DNA of 63,229 bases, counting the filler, from Asterionella formosa (Eukaryota), in the NCBI GenBank assembly GCA_002256025.1. It is 25 parts of 25 records of this genome, joined end to end, with 100 filler letters (N's around TTAATTAATTAA, not from the genome) between each part and the next. Parts side by side here need not be neighbours in the genome. Positions count along the whole stretch, not along the records: positions 1 to 1,104 come from NKIB01004304.1; positions 1,205 to 2,308 come from NKIB01004305.1; positions 2,409 to 3,512 come from NKIB01004306.1; positions 3,613 to 21,343 come from NKIB01004307.1; 21 more parts are not named here. One strand, given 5' to 3'. Positions 1 to 11,504 of the stretch are shown here, in pieces; position 1 is the first letter of the stretch, and every line of letters starts with the position of its first letter. A model generated the notes under the pieces. The model searched no databases. It worked only from the letters and a program-made list of their open reading frames with translations, and was not told the origin of the DNA. The position numbers were made by a program, and so were the translations under genes.

Positions 1-306
1 TGCAAAGGAAACAACAAAATATTACAAAACAAATAACATGAGGTTGTTTGCCTTGCTCTCGCGATTCGTACGTGCTTTTTGTGAGGGCAGCACAGGCAAC
101 GACATGCTGGAATACGAATACCCATCACTATTTCCCTGCCATAAGCCATACTGTACTACTGATTCTTGGGCTTTATTAAATATTGTACATCAGTGATGGT
201 GGTTATTATTATACCGGTACTACAGTATATACCGGTATTTATAAATAATTTATGAGCAAATCTAAATAGGCATATTTATAAAAAATTTTACAAAAGGGTT
301 TCCACC

Positions 307-744
307 ATGATGAGGCTGATGACACTTGTTCCTGCCGTCCTTCTCCTTCCGTTCGCTTCCACCACATCAGCTCTCTCTGTCCTGAGCGTAGCACCTCCTC
401 ATCCTCATCTTCTCCTGAAGCCACTGATAGGGGGGCCTCCATGGCTCAAAGTTCATGTTCAAGTTTGTGTCACTGACATGCTAGCATGCGATTTCATCCC
501 TTTGGATGCCACCAGTGACTCCACGTTGGGGAAATTGATTACCCTACAAGGTGTACCTGGAAAGATACGAATCATGGGGTCTTTCAAGGAGGAAGGTACT
601 TTTAATAGTCGCGAGCGACGAGCAATAGATTATTGTGAGGCATTTACAAATAGGAAATTGCATTTGCTGTCCAACAACTGTTGGACGTTTGCTCTGGGAC
701 TATTGTGGCATTTGCAACAAGACCAGCTTCGCAGAGACTCTTGA
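307..744 (+). CDS. Hypothetical protein, possible permuted papain-like (PPPDE/LRAT-type) fold with N-terminal signal peptide
   Basis: 145-aa ORF; hydrophobic N-terminus; C-terminal LHLLSNNCWTFA resembles the Y-x-L-x-x-N-N-C-x-x-F motif; upstream H in LKVHVQV. Confidence 0.5.
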   Translation: MMRLMTLVPAVLLLPFASTTSALSVLSVAPPHPHLLLKPLIGGPPWLKVHVQVCVTDMLACDFIPLDATSDSTLGKLITLQGVPGKIRIMGSFKEEGTFNSRERRAIDYCEAFTNRKLHLLSNNCWTFALGLLWHLQQDQLRRDS

Positions 745-1104
745 CTGAGAAATATTATTTATATATCTAGACTAGTAAAGAAATATGTATAAGTGGAACT
801 AATTGCAAGCGCTATGATGGTGGTCGGAACAGATGCGTACCGACTTGCACAAGCATAATAATGACATGGAACAAGGGAAATGAAGTGCATCCTATTTCGC
901 CTTGTTGTGACTCAGCCAAATGCCCCACTCTGGCCTTTTCCCAGAAGTCTGGAATGCTAACCTGGTGCTACTGTTGTCGGAGGGCGAGGCCTTGCATCAT
1001 GGCCACAGTGACCCTACTAACTTGCCTATGTGGAGTCGGAGGTTGAAAAAATCAGGGGTCGAAACGCCAATGCATGCCATTTCCAAAAGCAGGAGACGGT
1101 ATTC

Positions 1105-1204
1105 NNNNNNNNNNNNNNNNNNNNNNNNNNNNNNNNNNNNNNNNNNNNTTAATTAATTAANNNNNNNNNNNNNNNNNNNNNNNNNNNNNNNNNNNNNNNN
1201 NNNN
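1105..1204. other. Artificial contig-joining linker (first of 24; others start at 2309, 3513, 21344, 22548, 23752, 24956, 42788, 43991, 45194, 46397, 47603, 48806, 50014, 51216, 52418, 53620, 54822, 56024, 57225, 58426, 59627, 60828, 62029)
   Basis: Identical N44-TTAATTAATTAA-N44 blocks; the core gives stops in all six frames; ORFs break at them. Confidence 0.97.
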
Positions 1205-2011
1205 TCTAGACCAATAGAAACGATTCCTTTGTTTGGCTACGGTCTGACTCTAATCGACCAAATACCTGATATTTGGTCAATAAGGGGGTCATCCTCAATC
1301 AAGACCAAAGCATATTTGGTCTTGGTTGATGTGGTGGCTAAACTATTTTTGCTTTTTCGACCAAGACAACACATTATGATGTGTAATGACTCCCAACTGC
1401 AATTATTGGCTTGGTATTTGGTCGATGCGGTGGAGATGCTCGAAGGTAGCCATAAAATTTCCCAAATACGAACACGAAGATTTTGCCCCTATAGCTTTGA
1501 TCTTCGCATTTCGGGCACGGTGGCGTCAAAATACGGGTCAAACATGCCAACTACCGGTACCTGGTACCGGGTAATAAAATAATTACCGGTACGGTACCGG
1601 TACCAGTATTACCGGTATTCAATTTACTGTACCAGGAAAAGATGGACAACTAATAGCTAAGATACCGGTGCTGCTATACGAATAATAACATATCACGTAA
1701 ATCTTTCAAAGCGGCACCGTCATTGTTTTGCCCACCATCACACGCAGTGTGTAGTTTACCAGTACTTCCGTTATTTTAAACACGCAAACTGCAGTACAAA
1801 CATAAATGTGGTGCTACTCCGAAGTACCAGGTACTGTGTAACTGGTATGCGTATAACGACTTCCGGTTTGCTTTATCCCTTTGCTTGTAGTTAATAGATA
1901 TACTCATGGCTGTAAATAACAAATCAGCAAATGTGCTCAAAGGAAGATCCATTCTGGAAAAATCAAACGCTCAGGGAACTCCCGGTAGATTATTTATCGT
2001 CCTCGCAAATC

Positions 2012-2308
2012 ATGTCATCGAAGCAACCCAAAGAGCTTGCTCCTCTTCAGGACCTACTTGACTCTGTCTTGAGCCGCTTGGCAGCACTGGAAAGCCACGC
2101 TGGAATCGTACCACCAGCTCCTTCCGCGGCAAAACATTCAGTAGTCGAAACTTCTCCTTCTCCTTCCGCAGTTCACGATGGGCATCCAGCTGTCGTAGCT
2201 TACGATTCGTTCATCGAGTCAGCTGTGGTTCCATTTTGCAATTCATGTTGCGAACTGGAAGGCATGCAGAATACTGGAGACCTTTTCAGGAACGCATGGG
2301 TAGGAATT
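2012..2308 (+). CDS. CAP: Adenylyl cyclase-associated protein (CAP/Srv2), N-terminal part, truncated by contig end
   Basis: MSSK...VLSRLAALES coiled-coil motif, Pro/Ser linker, then HPAVVAYDSFIESAVVPF helical domain typical of the CAP N-terminus. Confidence 0.7.
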
Positions 2309-2408
2309 NNNNNNNNNNNNNNNNNNNNNNNNNNNNNNNNNNNNNNNNNNNNTTAATTAATTAANNNNNNNNNNNNNNNNNNNNNNNNNNNNNNNNNNNN
2401 NNNNNNNN

Positions 2409-2991
2409 GATCAATAGCATTGTCGTGAAAACACATTCGTAGAAACATTCCGGGCAAGCGGTTAATGGAAAGACCACCCTCGGAGTATCCTTGCAATGGC
2501 GGACCCATGGTGTTTTGAATTCCCCAATCAAAGATATGCTGATAATCCTTATACAGTCCATTCTGGTCAATGGCCGAAAAGTTTGTCCTGTATGGCTCGT
2601 TGAAGCAAATTGCGTGCTTCTCTAGGGGGTCAAACTCCTGCTGAATGTAGTCGTCCGGATCTTCATCATCCAAACGTCGTCTCTTTTGCTGAGGCGTTTC
2701 AGCACTTGATGCTGTATTCAATCGGGCTCCTGTGTTAGCCTGAAGGTAGGTACTTTGGTCTGGATACCAAGTGTTGGCATCGTTGAATGCTGGGTCTTCA
2801 ATGTTGACCGTTTTGCAATCAACTAGCTGACGCAAGAGGTCAACATCGGCACCGACCTTAGCTGCATTGGTGTGGGGACGCTGGTCAATTACATTAGGAT
2901 CTTCGATGACCAGCTTCATTAACCTGGGGCGCTGTCCATACAAGTTCCTGATAGACAGAAAGACGACAAGTAGAAAGGCCGATTTTCTCAT
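2409..2991 (-). CDS. Secreted heme peroxidase (plant/fungal/bacterial peroxidase superfamily), 5' part
   Basis: Signal-peptide-like MRKSAFLLVVFLSIRNLYG; distal-His motif PGMFLRMCFHDN (R-x-x-F-H-D) just before contig end. Confidence 0.7.
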
Positions 2992-3010
2992 GATCAGGCT
3001 TTTTGCGTGA

Positions 3011-3056
3011 CAGTACACCAATATTTTGTGAGCCAGTATACCAATATTTTGTGAGC
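3011..3056 (+). repeat. Tandem duplication, 2 x 23 bp, just upstream of the peroxidase start
   Basis: cagtacaccaatattttgtgagc / cagtataccaatattttgtgagc. Confidence 0.85.
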
Positions 3057-4239
3057 GATAATATGAAGGAATTGTGAAGATTTTTGCTTTGTTTCAATTT
3101 TTTTTGTCTGCCTGAGGATGGTGTCAAGATTTAGTACTGCGTGCATATTATTTCAGTCGAACTAATCAATCTTGAATAATATTCCAGCCAAAATCCCGTA
3201 TTGAAATGCTGTGAGAATTTGAACAGCATTGATTGCCAAGAACTATATCAGCAAACCAAGGTAAAAATTCGAATGGAGAATGTTCTAAGTAATCAATATT
3301 TCAATGAAGGAAAGGTATATACGCAATGCAGATAGCATTGAATATTCACGATTGTTCTACTAAGTGAGTGGAGTTGAGTTGTCAGTTGAGAATTGAATGT
3401 CTAACAACACAATGAATATCTATATACAAATTTGGGAAGAGAACCTTAATAATTGGTCATGTGAACGATTACAAGATAGATCAAATAAGCTCACAATAAG
3501 GTGGGATTAGAANNNNNNNNNNNNNNNNNNNNNNNNNNNNNNNNNNNNNNNNNNNNTTAATTAATTAANNNNNNNNNNNNNNNNNNNNNNNNNNNNNNNN
3601 NNNNNNNNNNNNTGGTACCTGGTACCTGGTACATGATGGCTGAGGATGAATTTTCGATTGTTCCTGTCTGTACGTAGTACCGGTAGTATTTCGTCACCGC
3701 TGTCGTGATGACGATGGTGGGCATACATACATACCGGTAGGTACATGGGCCATCTTGATCGTTAAAGAGCTCTAATACCGGTAAGCAGACTCAAGCTAAA
3801 GGATACTTGGACCGTGTCAAGCACGCGCATGTCCTCATACCGTTACTATGAGATGCATCACTACCAGGGTACCAGGTATGGTACCATGAACCAAGAAAGG
3901 AATGCACAGCCCAGTTCCTCCTTTTGACTCCTCAATCATGTATGAACATTTGATGGTTCACCAAACAACTCAATAAAGTTTACCTTCCGGATCTGCGTAC
4001 TACTTCCAGACCAACATCTAGTAGTAGCATCGTGCCTTACAACCTCCCAGTCGGAGGCAGAGCACACATACCGGTATGCAAGAATGACATTCTATTTCAT
4101 TTTGACAGTTTGAGGGAAAACGATAATGAATCATCGTATCTGAACTGCCATTGTAGTTGCTTTTTGTGTCAAATGGCCACAGTCCCAGCAGGTTACATTC
4201 TATTCCATTCCGTTATGACTGATCGATTATAGCAGCAAG

Positions 4240-6486
4240 ATGCAAAAGACAAGCGTTAGCGCGAAGATTGGCTTTGTCGTCACGTCCGCAACATTTGTCT
4301 GGATCCTCCTCTTCATTTGCTTTGGTTCTTCGTCTTCTGGAAAGGTCTGGTACGATAATCTAGCATCTCTGTTCTTTAAAGATTCCAAATCAGGCGTAAT
4401 TGTGATGAATCTCATTGTTCCAGTACTTTTTTCTGGAACTGTGGCGTCGTTGCTGGCTACCAAACCCAACAACAGAGGCGCATCCACGGCGTTGCTGTGT
4501 TACCCAACTTTTGTGCATCGACTGCATCGACGATGGAATGCCGGAGACCCTGATTTCAAAACTTATTCTTTACTAGGCATTGCCTTTCCTATGGCATTAC
4601 TGGTTCTCACGACGATTCATCGGCGTCTTTACGGAAAACAACTTAGTTTGGACGATCAAATCATGGATATCAGCAATTCCTTCGCTTCCATGACTTTATG
4701 TTGTTTGGGACTATTCCTAGTCCCAGTTGCCAAACACGGACCAATTCTGAAAATACTGCAGTGGACTCCGGCAGCGGCTGTTAGGTTGCACATCAATGCA
4801 GGGAGATTAGTGATTCTTGGATCGATTCTTCATGGTGGAGGACATGTGTACCGGTGGACAAGCCTGGCAGGAGAACATTTCTGGAGCATGATCATTCCAC
4901 CAAGTCTATGCTGGTCGTTTTATATTGGGGACTACACACCAGAATGTAACGATTATGATACGGACTGCTCCTGTTACGACCATTTTCGGAACTTGACTGG
5001 AATGGCGGCAGTTGCTTGTATTGTTGTGATTGGCATAACTTCTACCAATTATGTTCGACGTCGGTACTATCGGATCTTCTATTTAATGCATGTATTGGCT
5101 GCACCAAGTGCTTTACTTTTGGTTATTTTTCATTGGAATAAGAGCATCTTATATATGGCGCCTTCGTTGTTGTATTATGCAGCAACTTCCGCACCAGTCG
5201 TCGTGGAACAATCATCTTGTAAATGCAGAATCAACACTTATTCCGTCAAACAAATCGATAGTATGGACGGTGCCAGAGTACGAACTTGCATCGCATTGAC
5301 AATTCCTTCCACGGAGCAGGCTGTCAAAAAGTATGCATTAGGGCAATATGTCAAACTTTCTGTCCCTGAACTTTCACTCGTCCCACATCCCTTTACAATC
5401 AATAGAGTCCCGGGACGATCGGCTCAACTACGAATCATCTTTCGTGCCACTGGAAAATTCACCCATCAATTAGCAGAACGAATACAACGACAACAGGCAT
5501 TACCACAAATTTTGATTGACGGCTATTACGGAAGCCAATTGCGAGGAATCCAAGTGTTGCAGCATGATGTCGTGGTCATGGTGGCTGCTGGAATTGGAAT
5601 CACGCCCTATCTTAGTATTCTGGGAGACTTGAAACATGGAGCAGTCACTAAAGAAGTCATTCTTCACTGGATTTGTCGAGAGACAGAATTGATTGAATAT
5701 ATCAAGTCCGAGTATTTTGATCCGCTCATGAAGGGACAAGAAGAGAATGGAATCAAGATTCGATTGATAATCCACAAGACAGGCAAAAATTCCATGGAAG
5801 CAACATCTGCAATTGCAACGTGGTTTCATAGCGTGCGAAGAAATCCTAATGACTTGAAAGTGGAAGAAGGCTTTATAGATGAAGAATTGAATACAACGCC
5901 ATTAAGTGTTGTGTTTGAACCTTCCAAGTTTTCAGCTGGGATGAACTCGTCGGTTTTAGTGAATACACCGATATTCTTTACATTTGGCATCATATCCTGG
6001 ATGGGACTATACGGTATCATGCTTTTATTTTATGCCAACAATGCTGAGGAAGCTATTTTGTATCGAGGATGGGCACCCTTGTTTCTTGTCACACTAAGCA
6101 TTGCTGTTTCCATTCTTGGTACCTGCGTGATGCACCAAATCAACTTGGAGATATTGGATACGGCACGCCTCCACTTTGGCTCTGTCTGGAGTCGCATCAA
6201 CGAGTCGGATGTTACAGGAACCTCACAGGACCTGTCGGAACCGCATTGTGAGTCATCGTTTCCCATCCATACCACTGTCACGTACGAAGAACGGCAAGGT
6301 CGACCGACTATGCATGAGCTTCTCAAGGCCTTGGACGATGCTCGCTGTCCTGCCTTGTTTTCGTGTGGTCCAAAGGGTATAACAACGGAATTGCGCCATG
6401 TAACGGAAGAAAAATGCTTGATTCGTATTCGCCAGTGCGTCTGTGGGGCTAAGATTGCCATTTATCAAGAATCATTTGAAATATAA
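4240..6486 (+). CDS. Ferric reductase / NADPH oxidase family transmembrane flavocytochrome
   Basis: 748 aa, multiple TM helices with heme-His candidates (RLHINAG, ILHGGGH, LMHVLA, IFHW), FAD motif HPFT, DGYYG, NADPH motif VAAGIGITPY, CGP, C-terminal ESFEI. Confidence 0.92.
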   Translation: MQKTSVSAKIGFVVTSATFVWILLFICFGSSSSGKVWYDNLASLFFKDSKSGVIVMNLIVPVLFSGTVASLLATKPNNRGASTALLCYPTFVHRLHRRWNAGDPDFKTYSLLGIAFPMALLVLTTIHRRLYGKQLSLDDQIMDISNSFASMTLCCLGLFLVPVAKHGPILKILQWTPAAAVRLHINAGRLVILGSILHGGGHVYRWTSLAGEHFWSMIIPPSLCWSFYIGDYTPECNDYDTDCSCYDHFRNLTGMAAVACIVVIGITSTNYVRRRYYRIFYLMHVLAAPSALLLVIFHWNKSILYMAPSLLYYAATSAPVVVEQSSCKCRINTYSVKQIDSMDGARVRTCIALTIPSTEQAVKKYALGQYVKLSVPELSLVPHPFTINRVPGRSAQLRIIFRATGKFTHQLAERIQRQQALPQILIDGYYGSQLRGIQVLQHDVVVMVAAGIGITPYLSILGDLKHGAVTKEVILHWICRETELIEYIKSEYFDPLMKGQEENGIKIRLIIHKTGKNSMEATSAIATWFHSVRRNPNDLKVEEGFIDEELNTTPLSVVFEPSKFSAGMNSSVLVNTPIFFTFGIISWMGLYGIMLLFYANNAEEAILYRGWAPLFLVTLSIAVSILGTCVMHQINLEILDTARLHFGSVWSRINESDVTGTSQDLSEPHCESSFPIHTTVTYEERQGRPTMHELLKALDDARCPALFSCGPKGITTELRHVTEEKCLIRIRQCVCGAKIAIYQESFEI

Positions 6487-6671
6487 ATTCATTTACACTC
6501 CTCGTCGTGAAATACGTGCTACACAACACATCTGTACGATTCTCTCGATCTATCAAACCGCTCGCCTCAGGGTGCCAAGCACTAATTTTAATGTAAACTA
6601 GTCAATACGAATTGAGATGATAATGGTTCTGCCTTACTTTCATTTCTCTCTGCATAAGTGCTTCGTTTCAA

Positions 6672-8903
6672 TTACATACCAGTTTTCTTCCACTTTAACT
6701 GAGCATTCGAATGTTTTTGCTTTTCCTTTTCTAACTTTTTCATGGCGCTCTTCGTCAATTCGACCCCATCAGCGGCATGCGTAGGGATTCCCGTCTCTGG
6801 GTGAAATTTGGAATACTTTCCGACGTATTCCTCTGCCATCTGAAAAAGATCCTTGGGGTCTATCTGCATTCGCTTTTCCTTATCCTCTACATCTTTTCTG
6901 CCTTTGCTCTTTCGAGCTTCAATAGCAGCTTCTTCATCTGCTGTCAATTCCTTCTTGAAGACTTCCTCCTTAAGACTCACGGTACGGTTCAAGATCAAGG
7001 TACCTTCTCCAGTCGAAGAATCAAAGGTTGTATCAATATCAAGCACAAAGTAACCTATGCGTTCTAATTGAAAGGCCATATTTGACTTCCAGGGGTCAAC
7101 AGTAGCGGCATCCACCAAGTCACGGACAGAGGGATCAATAACGGCGTTCTTGAACAAGACTTCACTCTCGGGATTCAGCTCGTCTTCCCATTGATCCGAT
7201 GGTTCCGGGACAGTAAACAAGTGGTTGTAAACTCTAATTTCACACTTGATCCCATCCGCCGGCACCCAGGAAAGATAGGTCTTTGGCTTGGGGCGATCTT
7301 CCGAAGTATCTAGGCGGCACTTTAGCGCCACCACCTTTCCATTGCTTTGAATAACTTCATCACAAATAATATTTCCTCCGTGATATTTCAATCCTACAGC
7401 CTTGTTTGGCGCCAATCCATAGTAAGTGGAGGAGTCTTTGAGTCTAAAGTCCGTCGCATCAATGAAAAATGTCTCTGTCAAGGTGATGGTATGGACACCC
7501 ATATCTGGATTGGTGGGCAAATTTTGAACTTCAAATGTAGTTTCTGCGTTGCAATGGTCATTCCAATTGGTAATTTCCACTAATATGGGTTCCAAGGCCG
7601 CCATGGCCCTTCTTGCCGTCGTACTCAAGGTCAAGCGCGCCGTTTGATAAAGCTTGTCCATTTCGACGACGTTCATGGCCCTGGTCGCTCCGACATCTTG
7701 GCAAAACGAGTTGATAATATCAGCGGTGTATCCTCGTCGTCTTAGGCCCGAGATAGTCGGCATGCGCGGGTCGCTCCATCCTCTCACAAAATTTTGGTCT
7801 ACCAATTTCAACAAGCGTCGCTTGGATAGGACTGTGTATTGCAAGTTAAGGCGACTCATTTCATAAACCTTTGGACGGAACAAGTCCAACGCATGCAATA
7901 TCCAAAAATATGGTTCTCTACGTGTTTCAAACTCCAATGTGCAAATGCTGTAATCGATATGCTCCAGAGAATCACAAATTCCATGTGTGAAATCATAGTT
8001 TGGATAAATGCACCATCCACGTGAGTGTGGATGAGCTGTATATTTGATCCTATAAGCCACCAAGTCGTACATATTTGGATTCGAAGATTCAAAGTCCATC
8101 TTGAGCCTGAGTGTGTAGGTGCCTTCCTCAAAGATCCCCAATTTCATCTTTCTGAACAATTCCAAATTTCTGTCAACGCTGGTGTCTCGATTACGACCTG
8201 GGAGTAGGTGTTTGTTCGGTGCTTCCAGGTTAGGGTCCTTCCCCGTTGCCCTGGCCATGGCCAATTCTCGTTGGTCTTCCATTTCTTTCTTGGTCATGTC
8301 ACATACATACGCTTTTCCCTTTCGAATGAGTTGCACGGCAAAGTCATGTAACTTTTGGAAGTTATCTGATGCGTACGTGGTGCACTCGGGTGTCCACCCA
8401 AGCCAAGCCACGTCCTTGGCAAGGGATTCAATGTACTCCTTGGCTTCGGCATCTGGGTTGGTGTCGTCTGTATGTGGGTGTGTTGTAAGTGGTGAGTTGA
8501 GCAATGTTGCATGCTGCCATGGAAGGAACTACCGGTATGTAAAGTACAGGGATGAATACCCAAGTCGGAATGGAAGGATGCAAAGACAGTAGCAACAAGA
8601 ATTCGTACCATAACGAAAGACGGTTCTCCGATTCTCCTCCGCCACACCCAGCTTATCAAAGGCCAATCTAAAGTTCATATTCATGGACTTGGCGTGTCCA
8701 ATGTGAAGATATCCATTGGGTTCTGGCGGAAATCTTGTCCGGACGATGGAACCGTTAATGGCAGCGTGTTCTGCCAAGAGCGCTTCCGAGTTGACGGCCC
8801 ATTCCAGTTCTCGAGCCGAGAGGGCCTTGTCATTAAGGATGGAGGGCGCAGCTTCAGGTACACTAGCTGGAGTAGTAGTAGCAGCAGCAGTGCTGGTAGT
8901 CAT
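6672..8903 (-). CDS. GlnRS: Glutaminyl-tRNA synthetase, 2 exons (8903-8609, 8467-6672)
   Basis: [18 protein letters not shown] (HIGH); a GT-AG intron restores [57 protein letters not shown]. Confidence 0.96.
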
Positions 8904-9786
8904 GATTGAACGAGAGTGATGTTTTAATGTGCAAACTGGTATGTTGAAATGATAATTAATAGGTACATAGCTACGGTACCAGGTACCAGGTACCGGTAAT
9001 GCCTCTGCACTACCGGTAACATGGAAGAACTCGAAAAATGGCTGTGCCGGTACGACCGTTATTCGACGGCGCGCGGTGGTACGCGTTCCCTCAAGTACTC
9101 CGAGGCGGTGCACCGTAGCAGGTATCTTAGGAGTACCCAGGTACCAGGTACTGGTAGGTAATAACGTGGTATGAGTAGCGTGTAATACGTCGGCCAAGCA
9201 CACATGACACGCACACTCGTCAAAGCAGCCAACCGGTAGACCTTTACCGGTACATACCGGTTGGTACCAGCAGCAGTATCATTGGTGCTGGTGGTGCTGC
9301 TCCTGAGGACGACAACGAGCCGACGCAGCCACAATCGCTTTGGCGGCGGTCGATGACCAAACCACCTAGTAGCGGTAGACTGACTACGGTAGCTGGTACC
9401 CTGGTACCAGTTGTCTACCTTGTATGGTACCCTGGTACCAGGACTATCATGGGCGTTATTTATGCATTAGCTTCATTATGATTCCGCGTGTACTAAAAGG
9501 AATAATAGAATTTCCGAAACAAATAATAAGTGTAATATTCATCATAGAATATAAGTAATACCGGCATTGCAATATCCATACGGGTATACCGGTACATTCC
9601 TGATTATGATTCTTATAATTGATCACAGTGTGATCAATCATAATACCGGTAGGTGTTGTTGATTCTATCGTTTCTTACATAATCATTATCCTGCATCCAA
9701 CCATTCCGACCCCACGCATAAGCGGGACACCAACCTAAAAAACGAGTAGAGAATACCAGTTCTCTTTTCGGTATCGCATTCCATAT

Positions 9787-9820
9787 ATTGAATTGGATTG
9801 AATTGAATTGAATTGAATTC
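9787..9820 (+). repeat. (AATTG)n pentanucleotide microsatellite immediately 5' of CDK ATG
   Basis: attgaattggattgaattgaattgaattgaattc. Confidence 0.85.
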
Positions 9821-9823
9821 ATC

Positions 9824-11052
9824 ATGGAACGCTATCAAAAGATGGAAAAGATTGGTGAAGGAACCTACGGTACGTGCGTTGGAAAGGATTGAGCCATGCT
9901 TTCCTTGCCTTGTTTGACCGATCAAGACAGACAGAAACTCACCTTTCATTGCACATTCATTTATAGGCGTGGTGTACAAGGCCAAGGACCGAGTAACTGG
10001 AGAAATTTTGGCCCTGAAAAAGATCAGATTAGAGGCCGAAGATGAAGGCATTCCATCGACGGCTATTAGAGAAATATCTCTCTTGAAAGAGTTGCAACAT
10101 CCAAACATTGTTAGACTATATGGTGCGTTGTTGCGTTCTTGTATCTACACACTCATACCAATCTAGAAATATTCCCAAGCCATCTCTTGTACACTCACAT
10201 CACTCCATCCAATTCCTTCCTGCCAACATACAAATACATCATCAGACGTGGTACACACAGAAAGAAAACTCACCTTGGTCTTCGAATTCCTTGACCAAGA
10301 CTTGAAGAAGTACTTGGACGTTTGTGATTCGGGTCTTGACATTCCCATTCTTAAATCATTTCTATTTCAACTCTTGACTGGGGTGGCATACTGCCATCAT
10401 CACCGCGTCCTTCATAGGGATTTGAAACCACCCAATTTACTGATCAATCGAGAGGGACAGTTGAAATTGGCGGACTTTGGATTGGCGCGGGCTTTCGGAA
10501 TACCAGTTCGGTCCTATACGCACGAAGTCGTCACACTATGGTACCGGGCGCCTGACGTATTGTTGGGCAGTCGCAAGTATAGTACGCCAGTGGACATTTG
10601 GAGTGTGGGATGTATTTTTGCGGAAATGGCCAATGGAAGGTATGTTTTTTATGTAGATGACACAGTCACAAAAGCAGCTTAGCTGATTGCATGTGGAGGA
10701 TTGAACTATCTCCGTCACTGTTGGTTGCATCTTACCCCCATGTTCGACATTCACCTATAGGCCACTCGTGGCAGGCACATCCGAGGCTGACCAACTTGAT
10801 CGTATCTTTCGCCTCCTTGGAACACCTACCCTAGCTGACTATCCTGGGATTGTGGATCTTCCGGATTATACACCCGATATGCCACCATATCCACCACCAC
10901 GAGGAGGACTGACTAACTTGGTACCAACCCTGGATGCGAATGGAGTTGATTTGTTGCAACGAATGTTACGCTATGCGCCGGAAAAGAGAATTACAGCAGA
11001 ACAAGCCTTGGCGCATCCATTTTTTCTCGACATGATGGGAAGAAGTGCGTAA
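9824..11052 (+). CDS. CDKA1: Cyclin-dependent kinase A (CDK1/cdc2), 4 exons (9824-9869, 9967-10122, 10246-10639, 10761-11052)
   Basis: [20 protein letters not shown], canonical [29 protein letters not shown]; three GT-AG introns keep the frame. Confidence 0.96.
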
Positions 11053-11504
11053 ATGCTGCCGTGGGAAGAACTCACAAACAAAACCTTGAGATGCTTGGAA
11101 GGCGATAAATAATGATTTTTGGTAGAACAGGAAGATACGACAGCGAGAGAGAGAGAGCGAGAGATGGAGAATGGTGACATAACAATCTAAACTGGCAACT
11201 TACATACATTCTTGTATCTGTCCATGGTGTGAGCTCCATCCTACTCGGTGAATTGCACCAAAGGAGCGGCTCCGCGAGCCAAGCAGTCGGTGAAAGTGTC
11301 ATTATAATAATTAATGATTTATTTCTGCGTGGTTCTATTCAATGTATGTTCGCGCCGCTGTGTACTTTAATTGTAAACTACAAATCGCCCTCTTTTTCAT
11401 TGAATTTTTGGATCGGACACTAGGGCCATTCGTTGCAAACACACACAAACAAGGATCTACAGAGGCGAAAATGTGACCAAACCAAAAGACTGAGTGTATG
11501 CATA

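Noticed and set aside
1149..1160. Recurring TTAATTAATTAA as a biological motif
   Set aside because: Always centred in N44 flanks; it is a six-frame stop linker
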